10,519 nucleotides of DNA, taken from assembly GCA_965371515.1 (NCBI GenBank), contig CBDUYR010000074.1:1-10519 (forward strand), read 5' to 3'. Position 1 is the first letter of the stretch; the number at the start of each line of letters is the position of its first letter. The position numbers and the translations under genes were made by a program. The notes below the pieces were generated by a model that saw nothing but the letters and a program-made list of their open reading frames with translations, was not told the origin of the DNA and ran no database searches. Positions 1 to 7,022 of the stretch are shown one piece after another. This DNA comes from an uncultured bacterium. Its GTDB lineage: Bacteria > Krumholzibacteriota > Krumholzibacteriia > Krumholzibacteriales > Krumholzibacteriaceae.

Positions 1-187
1 GCACATAGCCATCGAGATTGACCGCATAGACGCCGCGAGGTGCCGATGGAGGACAATCCGCTGGGACCTCCATCGGCACGTACACGATCTGTTCCTCCTG
101 GCTGCAGGAGGAAATGAACGCAAAACTCGCGATCAGGATTGCTGTTAAGACCATTGATGCTTTATGTGCCCTTCCTGCTCTCATCAT
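1..187 (-). CDS. Putative lipoprotein, N-terminal part only (gene runs off the left edge); probably begins a fibronectin-III-like domain
   Basis: Not in the ORF track; translated by hand from ATG 187 (or 184): MMRAGRAHKASMVLTAILIASFAFISS-C-SQEEQIVYVPMEVPADCPPSAPRGVYAVNLDGYV..., open to the edge. It has a basic n-region, a hydrophobic h-region and a lipobox-like ISS|C (Cys codon 106-104). PPSAPRGVYAV resembles the first strand of FN3-like domains. Confidence 0.8.
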   Translation of the reverse strand, partial: MMRAGRAHKASMVLTAILIASFAFISSCSQEEQIVYVPMEVPADCPPSAPRGVYAVNLDGYV

Positions 188-201
188 ATCGACATGTAAA
201 C

Positions 202-216
202 GCAACTGGCGTGCCA
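202..216 (-). promoter_or_regulatory. Sigma-54 (-24/-12) promoter for the lipoprotein gene
   Basis: The minus strand reads TGGCAC-GCCAG-TTGC, an exact match to TGGCAC-N5-TTGC, in the correct orientation and just upstream of the ATG at 187. Confidence 0.8.
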
Positions 217-358
217 TGCCTGCCGAACGCTTTCAAAGTGGATCGATTTAACAATCACTGATAGCGGAACTTATTAAACGACAAGTTATTAAAAACTCGT
301 GGAGGATCGGGTGCCGGGCCGGTGAAAAGTACCGGACAGGCCTGAAGCTATAGAAAAA

Positions 359-376
359 TGTCGTCTCTATTCGACA
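359..376. promoter_or_regulatory. Palindrome TGTCG-N8-CGACA, candidate enhancer (UAS) for the sigma-54 promoter
   Basis: tgtcg tctctatt cgaca, about 170-185 bp upstream of the predicted +1 (~190), with an AT-rich stretch (245-296) in between. Confidence 0.3.
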
Positions 377-381
377 CATTC

Positions 382-397
382 GTCCCCGAAAGGGGAC
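382..397. other. Perfect 6-bp hairpin GTCCCC-GAAA-GGGGAC
   Basis: Read directly. GNRA tetraloop on the + strand; no U-tract on either side. Confidence 0.45.
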
Positions 398-495
398 AGG
401 GCATAAAGGTAGCGGGGAGTACACGGAGCGGCATTCACGGTCGGAGGTCTGGTCTGCGGGGGAGCTCCATCCAGTCTCTGGAGTCGATTTTAGAT

Positions 496-596
496 AAAAA
501 AGAGCCAGGGGCACAAGACGCGAGCACCGGAGGGGATGTCCATACTCGCACTCCTAAGGATCTCGCCATTCCTATAGGTATCCAATACCCCTGACC
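496..596 (-). ncRNA. Candidate ~100-nt structured small RNA of unknown family
   Basis: The 5' end GGUCAGGGGUAU (596-585) pairs with GUGCCCCUGGCU (514-503), followed by C and U6 (501-496). An inner stem GCGAGUAU/GUGCUCGC is at 549-542/527-520. The non-Watson-Crick positions in these stems are all G-U on the minus strand. TATAAT lies 4 nt upstream. Confidence 0.55.
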
Positions 597-600
597 ATTG

Positions 601-631
601 ATTATAAATATACTAAGATATTCTCAGTCAA
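601..631 (-). promoter_or_regulatory. Sigma-70-type promoter for the candidate sRNA
   Basis: TTGACT (631-626), 19-nt spacer, TATAAT (606-601). The spacer is longer than optimal. Confidence 0.45.
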
Positions 632-660
632 GATTAAACTGTGAGGGGGCAGATTTCAAG

Positions 661-786
661 GGGAAAATAATAACCGGAGAGATGACCAAGATTTCATTCC
701 CTAGAGACCCCACCTGTACCCTATTTCAAGCTTCAAAGAGCTTATGGGATCGAAATCTCTGCATCTCTCCGGTTTTGCCACTTCCC
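661..786. repeat. Long imperfect inverted repeat
   Basis: Arms 672-701 (AACCGGAGAGATG acca AGATTTC att CCC) and 746-774 (reverse complement AACCGGAGAGATG cag AGATTTC gat CCC), with a 13-bp perfect core and a 44-nt spacer. Outer GGGAA/TTCCC at 661-665/782-786. Confidence 0.7.
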
Positions 787-1190
787 ATTCGCCAACCGAT
801 ACCGGAGATATCAAAGGGCAAGCTCCGTTCCAAAACCGTCGATCGGCCCGTCTCGGGATATACGCCATAAAGCATGCATATTCAATGCGTTACGGAGCCG
901 TACTTTTGAGCTAAATCTTGTGTCCCGCTATGCTTGCAGGCGAGGAATAAAGACTCTTTACACCTCCCGCGGTCCCGCCGTAACGCGCTGCCCGACAGCA
1001 CATTGAAACGACAACGAACTTGTTTCATATAACCGTCCGGGCCTTCCGACCCCTGAAATGACCACGACAAGTAAGAGTCCAGCAGTTGATTTTCTTGAAA
1101 TAAATTGAAAATAAAGCAAAAGGGGCCGGACGCAACTGCTCTTCGGGAGGTTTCATCTGCCCAGGATCCATAGTATAATTAAATTAAATA

Positions 1191-1199
1191 TGTTATAAT
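1191..1199 (+). promoter_or_regulatory. Extended -10 promoter (TGnTATAAT) for the propeller gene
   Basis: TG-T-TATAAT in a very AT-rich stretch, about 77 bp upstream of ATG 1276. A second TATAAT is at 1174-1179. No good -35 element. Confidence 0.5.
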
Positions 1200-1275
1200 G
1201 TGATTTAATAAATCAGGGGCTCATTACTCCCACTTTACACAGCGCATATCAATGCTTCTTCTGGGGGAGATTGCT

Positions 1276-3411
1276 ATGTTTACACGTTTGTTTTTCAGGA
1301 CAGCTCTAGTTATTGCTCTTCTTTTGCCCGTATTACCATTTATTCCACTACAAGCAACCGAATTATTTGCAGTCGGTTCGTATACGGCGGAATATTTCGA
1401 TGGAAACGAGTGGATACAGCTCTACGGCGCAAAGCCTTATGAAACTAACAGACTGCTCGGTGTATGGGGAGCTTCGGAGACCAACATTTATGTCGTCGGA
1501 ACCAACGGGACGATTGCTCACTATTATGGAATCACGTGGAATGACATGAGTAGCGGCACTTCAGCTCGACTCGAAAGTATCTGGGGATCGTCGTGGTTTG
1601 ATATATTCACTGTTGGCGCCGAGGGAACGATTCTTCATTACGATAGCTACGGTTGGAGTGCCATGTCATCAGGAACGACCCTCGACCTCTATGACATCTG
1701 GGGAGCATCAGACACCGATGTCTACGCGGTAGGAGACGGAATCGTCCTGCACTTTGACGGGTCCAGCTGGAGCGAACTGGATATAGGCTATTCAGGAACA
1801 TTTAAAGCCGTATGGGTAAGTCCGGACGGAAAAGTGTTCATCGCTTCCGGTCCTGACATTATTTATTACAATGGAAATTCTTGGAGGATACTCGAGAACA
1901 AACCCGGGACAATGTGGATCTATGATATCTGGGGAAGCTCGGCCGATGATGTCTTTTTTGCATGCACCGGCAGCATTATCCTCCACTATGACAATGAATT
2001 TACAAGCACAAATGTGGGTTCTGCTCAATTGTTATGCATCGGCGGCAATAACAGTAATGACGTATACGTTTGTGACGCCAGTGGTAATATCTATCATTAT
2101 GATGGGAGTACATGGACTCACGTCGTATATATCGACTCTCCCTACTCTCCCTACTCTTCCTATTTCAATGATATTTTCGCAATTTCAGCTACAAATATCA
2201 TCGCAGCAGGGTGGGACAGTCCTTATGCAGACATCAAGGCCATAATCTACCAATTCGATGGAATCGACTGGTCTTACATAATGCCGGACGCGTTTCCCCG
2301 CCTGACTCACGTGTGGGCAAATTCGATAAATAACGTATTCGCCGCTGGAATTCAAGAAGAAGGTTATACGACAATTCACTATGATGGCAGAGCATGGTCC
2401 AAGATACCCATTCCCACAACTGACCGGATCAACGACATCTGGGGCACCTCCTATGGTCACGCTTTTGCCGTAACTAGAGAAGGCGACGATCCATCGCAGG
2501 TTCTGCATTACGACGGAAGCGCCTGGAGCGTGATGGCTGAATTCTATGGGAGTCTAGAGAGAATCTGGGGAAATTCCGGCGCTGATATATATGTAATCGG
2601 CGGCTATCTCCTCCACCATTTTGATGGAAGAGGCTGGAGCGAAATCGAGTACCCACCGGTTTCAGGAGGAGGAGAAGCCGTTTACGCAACCCCGGATGGG
2701 GAAATATTTGTTTTAGGAGTCTGCGGCGGCAGCTCTAGTGAGTCGCCGCTAAAATTCGCTTATTATTATGATGGATCTGAATGGACATCAGTGATGGAAT
2801 ATTATTCCAGTATGTGGTCATGTTACACAGCATGGGGATCCTCCAGAGAGGAAATATATTTCACAATCGACGAGAGTACGTTTCACTACAATGGAGTTAC
2901 GGGGCAGCTCACCGATATAAGCAGACCGGATATCGATCCGTGGAACCCCGTTTCACCAGCAATGGATATCTGGGGAGACCCGGACGGAAATCTCTATATC
3001 GCAACCTGGAGCGACGAGATATATCACTACGATGGCAGCGAATGGTCGACGCTGTATACCGGAAACGGGGAATCCATTCGTGGAATCTGGGGGTGGGGGG
3101 ATAGCGCGACCGATGCCGCAGAAAATCATGCGGTTCCATTCAGTCTCAACCAGAACTATCCGAACCCTTTCAACCCATCTACGACGATAGAATACCACCT
3201 GGAAAGGGAAGGGCAAGTCACTCTTGAGATATTCGACACTTCCGGCCGGCTGATCTGCAGGCTCCTCGACAAGGTCCAGATTCAGGGAAGACACACGATC
3301 ACGTGGGAAGGCCAAAATGCTGCGGGGCACCGGGTGGCATCCGGCGTCTACTTCTGCCGCATAAAGACTTCATCGGGGATACAATCCAGGAAAATGGTAT
3401 TGGCGCGATAA
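1276..3411 (+). CDS. Secreted tandem beta-propeller repeat protein with C-terminal T9SS type A sorting / FlgD-Ig-like domain (~711 aa)
   Basis: ATG 1276 follows GGGGGAGA and is preferred over 1252. Sec signal MFTRLFFRTALVIALLLPVLPFIPLQA. Fourteen ~40-aa repeats of the form IWGSSxxDxxxVG...HYDGxxW. Tail FSLNQNYPNPFNPSTTIEY...IFDTSGRLI...VASGVYFCRI...RKMVLAR. Confidence 0.9.
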   Translation: MFTRLFFRTALVIALLLPVLPFIPLQATELFAVGSYTAEYFDGNEWIQLYGAKPYETNRLLGVWGASETNIYVVGTNGTIAHYYGITWNDMSSGTSARLESIWGSSWFDIFTVGAEGTILHYDSYGWSAMSSGTTLDLYDIWGASDTDVYAVGDGIVLHFDGSSWSELDIGYSGTFKAVWVSPDGKVFIASGPDIIYYNGNSWRILENKPGTMWIYDIWGSSADDVFFACTGSIILHYDNEFTSTNVGSAQLLCIGGNNSNDVYVCDASGNIYHYDGSTWTHVVYIDSPYSPYSSYFNDIFAISATNIIAAGWDSPYADIKAIIYQFDGIDWSYIMPDAFPRLTHVWANSINNVFAAGIQEEGYTTIHYDGRAWSKIPIPTTDRINDIWGTSYGHAFAVTREGDDPSQVLHYDGSAWSVMAEFYGSLERIWGNSGADIYVIGGYLLHHFDGRGWSEIEYPPVSGGGEAVYATPDGEIFVLGVCGGSSSESPLKFAYYYDGSEWTSVMEYYSSMWSCYTAWGSSREEIYFTIDESTFHYNGVTGQLTDISRPDIDPWNPVSPAMDIWGDPDGNLYIATWSDEIYHYDGSEWSTLYTGNGESIRGIWGWGDSATDAAENHAVPFSLNQNYPNPFNPSTTIEYHLEREGQVTLEIFDTSGRLICRLLDKVQIQGRHTITWEGQNAAGHRVASGVYFCRIKTSSGIQSRKMVLAR
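2135..2161 (+). repeat. In-frame 9-bp tandem repeat x3 (SPY-SPY-SSY)
   Basis: actctccct actctccct actcttcct. Confidence 0.75.
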
Positions 3412-3423
3412 TGGCGGAATGCC

Positions 3424-6400
3424 CTACTCGACTAACCCGTAGTCGCGGATCTTCTTGAGAAGTGTCGGATAGCTGACGCCCAGGTCGGCCGCGGCGGCCT
3501 TCCTGTTCCAGTCGTTTCTGCCGAGGGCCTCTTCGACTATCCTTCTCTCGAGGTCCCTGACCATGTCGGGCAGGGTGGCGGACGAATCGATTGCCTCGTT
3601 CCGGTTTCCGGTAAGGTCGAAGACGAGCTGCTGCGGGGTGATTACGCCGTTTTCCTCGGCGAGGATGACCGCGCGCTTGATTATCTTGCCGAGCTCCCTG
3701 ACGTTGCCGGGCCATTCGCATCCCTTGAGAAACTCTATCGCATCATCGCTGAACCCGATGATCTTCTTGTCCATCGCGGAACAGCTGCTGCGCAGATAAT
3801 GGTTCGCCAGAAGAGGAATGTCCCCCCTGCGCTCGCGCAGCGGCGGGATCGTCAGCGGGAAATCGTTGATCCTGTAGTAGAAGTCCTCGAGCATCTTTCC
3901 CTCACTGCAGAGCTGCAGCAGGTCCACCTTCGACGCGAAGATCAGCCTGACGTCGACCTCGAGCATCTCGTTGCTGCCGACCGGCCTTACCTTCCTCGTG
4001 TCGAGGAACTGGAGGAGCTTGCCCTGTATCGGGAGCGGAGCCTTCCCGATCTCGTCGAGGAATATCGTTCCGCCGTCCGCTTCGGCAAGCAACCCCTTCT
4101 TGTCTGATATGGCCCCTGTGAAGGATCCCTTCACGTGGCCGAAAAGCTCGCTCTCGAGGATCATCTCGGGAAGCGCAGCGCAGTTCACATGGATGAATTT
4201 TTTTCTGCTCTTTCTGCTCATGTCGTGGATGGCCTGGGCCACGAGACCTTTGCCCGTTCCCGTCTCCCCCATGAGCAGTACAGTGGAATCGCTTACCGCG
4301 ACCTTGCCGGCCAGCTCGAGGATCCTCAGCATCTTCTCGTCGTGAGTGATGATCCCGCTGAAACTGTCGTCGGCAGACATCTTTCCTCCCGATACCGGCA
4401 TCGCGCCCTTGACCGATCCCCTTATAAGGAAATCGATGAACCCGGCGTAGGTCGACACGATCTCGAAGATCGACCCGACTGACGGCGCTCCTTCGCTCCC
4501 CTCGGACTGGAAGAACAGGAGCCCGAAGTTCCTGCCTCCCTTGCTGAGAGAATGGAAGTACGCGGGAGAATTACCGCCCGGGAGCTGTTCGAAAATCTCC
4601 CTGACGCGCCTGTCTTTCGCCGTATCCGTGACAAGGAATTTCTCTGCCGTGTCGTCGTCACGGGCGAGGAACCATTCGGTGATCCTTCTTGTCTCTTCGG
4701 CCCCGATCCCGCGGCGGGCAAGCACTACAGGCTCGCTTCCTTTGCCGTCGGTCAGAGCGACGAATCCATGGCCTGCGGAAAGTTTTCTCATCAGGTCACT
4801 GAGGATGTAATCGAGATACGACTTCATCTGCGGATCGTGCATGAATGTCTCATCCAGGTTCCCGGACCGATCGAAACCCTCCCCGGGCGCTCCATGATGA
4901 CCGGCTGCTGCGTTTTCGATCTTCCTGCGCATCCGGCGCAGGCGCCTGATGAGGTTACGGTCGTGGAGCTCCTCAGCGAGTCGCTGCGCTTCGAAGAGGT
5001 GCAGCAGGCACTCGTCCCTGTTGCCGAGGATGTCTTCTATCCTCGTCAGAAGGAAATGGCTTCCCGCCAGATCGGCGTATTCCTCGTTCCTCTCGAAGAA
5101 CGACACGGTCTCGCCGACAAGTTTCCTCGCCATCACGGCCGACCTCCTGTCGCCCCTGCGGAGCAGTTGCTCGCCTAGGATGACCCCCGACTTGTGCGCC
5201 TCGTAGGGGTTGTTGACCGACAGGAACGTCCTTATACTCATGTTTATCTGCTTCTCGGCCTCGGTCTCCTTCTTCTGGATAGCGAGGGCCTGGCCGATCA
5301 TTCTCTCTACGTAGCCGATTTCATGCATCTCGCCACTGCGGCGGCATGTCTCGATGGCACGGCGACCGATGGCGAGCGCATCCTCGGCCTTTCTCTGGAC
5401 GAGATATACGTTCATCATCCGGCGCTGTACCTCGGCGACTATATCGCCCTGCGGGTTGATCCTCGAGGCGGACTTGAGCGCGATGGCGTAGTTCTCGAGG
5501 GCATCCTCCAGATCGCCCTTCTCGAACATCAGGTCGCCGATGAACTCGTCGGCAAGAGCGATCTCTCGCTGGTAGCTCCTCCGTTCAGCGGTAACCCTCG
5601 CCTCCAGCAGATGCTTCTCGGCCGACAGCAGATTCCCGGCCATCGTCTCCTTGACGCCAAGCATCAGTGTGGATTTGGTGTACTTCAGATCATCGCCGAT
5701 ACGCCTGGCCATATCCCTGGCAGACGCGAACGCGCTCTCCGCGCCGGCGAAGTCGCGCTTCTTGAGGTGCACGATACCAATGTTGAGCGTGACGCGGACC
5801 CTGTGCTGGGTCAGACCGACCTCATCGCATATCTCCAGAGCCCTGCCGAGAAATTGAAGCGCCCTGCCCCAGCGGCATGCGTTCTTGTGGAACAGTCCGA
5901 GGTTGTTCAGGACGTACGACTTGCCGACTGTGTCCCCGATCCTCCTGTAGGAGGAAAGGGCGTCGAGGAAATACTGCTCGGCTTCGTCGCTGCGTCCCAG
6001 CCTGGCGTAGCAGTTCGCTATAAGAAGCTGCGTATGGGCGACCTCGAGGTGCTCATCGCTCGTGCGCAGGATCCTGTACGCCGAGCACGCCTCCCTGAGT
6101 CCGCGCTTGATGTCGCCCCGCTCGTAGAGGATGATCCCCCTGCGGCAGGCAATCGCACCCTTGCCGATCAGGTCTTCATCATCGCAATGTGTCGCCGCGC
6201 TGTCGAGGAAGGACATGGCCTCGCGCAGAAGCCCCTTCTTGCGGTAGCAGTCGCTTATCTTCCTGTAGACTCTTACGAGGTCGCTCGGACCGCCGCCGGC
6301 GGTCTGCACATGCTGGAGGGCCTTGTCGTAGTATTCAAGCGCAACCGAATAGTTCTCGGTCGACAGATGCATGTCGCCAAGTTCTTCCTCGGTGCCGGTA

Positions 6401-6471
6401 GACTTGAACTTGTGCCTAGGCAGATTCTTTTCGTATTCGAAACTATCTTTACCTTGCGGGCCGTCAGGCAT
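3424..6471 (-). CDS. TPR-repeat sigma-54-dependent Fis-family transcriptional activator (TPR array, GAF-like region, AAA+, HTH; 1015 aa)
   Basis: SD AAGGAG 6 nt before the ATG. About 500 aa of TPR-like helices (e.g. YVLNNLGLFHKNACRWGRALQFLGRALEI). Walker A GETGTGKG, ESELFGHVKGSFTGA, Walker B IFLDEIG, YYRIN, WPGNVREL, and Fis-type HTH NRKAAAADLGVSYPTLLKKI. No receiver domain. The GAF-like call (aa ~545-685) is inference. Confidence 0.93.
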   Translation of the reverse strand: MPDGPQGKDSFEYEKNLPRHKFKSTGTEEELGDMHLSTENYSVALEYYDKALQHVQTAGGGPSDLVRVYRKISDCYRKKGLLREAMSFLDSAATHCDDEDLIGKGAIACRRGIILYERGDIKRGLREACSAYRILRTSDEHLEVAHTQLLIANCYARLGRSDEAEQYFLDALSSYRRIGDTVGKSYVLNNLGLFHKNACRWGRALQFLGRALEICDEVGLTQHRVRVTLNIGIVHLKKRDFAGAESAFASARDMARRIGDDLKYTKSTLMLGVKETMAGNLLSAEKHLLEARVTAERRSYQREIALADEFIGDLMFEKGDLEDALENYAIALKSASRINPQGDIVAEVQRRMMNVYLVQRKAEDALAIGRRAIETCRRSGEMHEIGYVERMIGQALAIQKKETEAEKQINMSIRTFLSVNNPYEAHKSGVILGEQLLRRGDRRSAVMARKLVGETVSFFERNEEYADLAGSHFLLTRIEDILGNRDECLLHLFEAQRLAEELHDRNLIRRLRRMRRKIENAAAGHHGAPGEGFDRSGNLDETFMHDPQMKSYLDYILSDLMRKLSAGHGFVALTDGKGSEPVVLARRGIGAEETRRITEWFLARDDDTAEKFLVTDTAKDRRVREIFEQLPGGNSPAYFHSLSKGGRNFGLLFFQSEGSEGAPSVGSIFEIVSTYAGFIDFLIRGSVKGAMPVSGGKMSADDSFSGIITHDEKMLRILELAGKVAVSDSTVLLMGETGTGKGLVAQAIHDMSRKSRKKFIHVNCAALPEMILESELFGHVKGSFTGAISDKKGLLAEADGGTIFLDEIGKAPLPIQGKLLQFLDTRKVRPVGSNEMLEVDVRLIFASKVDLLQLCSEGKMLEDFYYRINDFPLTIPPLRERRGDIPLLANHYLRSSCSAMDKKIIGFSDDAIEFLKGCEWPGNVRELGKIIKRAVILAEENGVITPQQLVFDLTGNRNEAIDSSATLPDMVRDLERRIVEEALGRNDWNRKAAAADLGVSYPTLLKKIRDYGLVE

Positions 6472-6528
6472 CGGTTACTCCTTAAGTGGCAATTGGCGTA
6501 TTGACCGGTAAAGCCCGTAAGTAGACCG

Positions 6529-6882
6529 CTAGTATTTAATTTTTACCCCGCTCGATCCGGTTATGAAACCGCCCGACGAGGTCAATCCCGCGCTCCGTTT
6601 GTCATCGGTACCATCGGGAATGAGCTCCTTGTCATCGTCCCGGCCATTCGCATAATCGTCTGCGTCTCCACGCAGTATCACGTCACTTCCGTCATCGCCG
6701 ATCATACTCTCCTCGTACCCGAGGTTGTGGCGATGCGCTCTCAGCAAGTAGGTAAAATAGTAAGAGAGCCAGTTGGAAACGGTCACTGCCCTTTCGCCGG
6801 CTATCGGCGAGGCGTAGACCTGCGACACTGACGTGATGGAGAACGCCACCAGAATGGCGAGAAGAAGAGCTGTTCTCTTCAT
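6529..6882 (-). CDS. Small secreted acidic hypothetical protein (117 aa), candidate signal-peptide precursor
   Basis: ATG 6882 follows AGGAGA; the track's start at 6966 falls inside the promoter. Signal peptide MKRTALLLAILVAFSITSVSQVYA|SP. The mature part has an aromatic helix (NWLSYYFTYLL) followed by a Gly/Asp-rich stretch. Confidence 0.75.
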   Translation of the reverse strand: MKRTALLLAILVAFSITSVSQVYASPIAGERAVTVSNWLSYYFTYLLRAHRHNLGYEESMIGDDGSDVILRGDADDYANGRDDDKELIPDGTDDKRSAGLTSSGGFITGSSGVKIKY

Positions 6883-6950
6883 GACCTTTTCTCCTACTGG
6901 AACCAGCCTGTTCCAAAAAGACCCGTCATACCCTGAACACCCACAGGCTA

Positions 6951-6979
6951 AAAATAAGTCCCGCAAGGGCCTCTGTCAA
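6951..6979 (-). promoter_or_regulatory. Sigma-70 promoter for the small protein and TPR activator
   Basis: TTGACA (6979-6974), exactly 17 nt, TATTTT (6956-6951), with A/T tracts upstream. Confidence 0.7.
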
Positions 6980-7022
6980 ATTTTTCTGGGGAAAAATCTA
7001 TGAAAAAAATGAAGTTAACCGA

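Noticed and set aside
496..596. Retron msr-msd, tRNA-Sec or SRP identity for the structured RNA
   Set aside because: No reverse transcriptase in the window, no T-loop GTTC or cloverleaf, and no SRP CAGG-GNRA-AGCA helix motif.
248..1070. Short ORFs 248-514, 358-594, 598-870 and 882-1070
   Set aside because: No convincing SD or protein features, and they overlap hairpins and promoters better explained as non-coding.
240..1190. CRISPR array or intact IS element
   Set aside because: No regularly spaced direct repeats and no transposase or cas ORF.
4111..4128. GSFTGA instead of GAFTGA in both activators (also 7805-7822)
   Set aside because: A common variant found in functional sigma-54 activators such as PilR; not evidence of inactivity.
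6489..6503. ACGCCAATTGC upstream of the TPR gene, 10/11 identical to the -12 half of the sigma-54 promoter at 202-216
   Set aside because: Lacks the invariant GG at -24 (reads CAATAC), so it is not called a sigma-54 promoter.
5194..6504. 436-aa + strand ORF, and similar ones such as 4552-5178, 7829-8530 and 8764-9306
   Set aside because: Antisense shadows of well-supported GC-rich genes, with no recognisable motifs.
6667..6672. RGD tripeptide in the small secreted protein as an integrin ligand
   Set aside because: Expected by chance in a Gly/Asp-rich sequence; nothing indicates host association.
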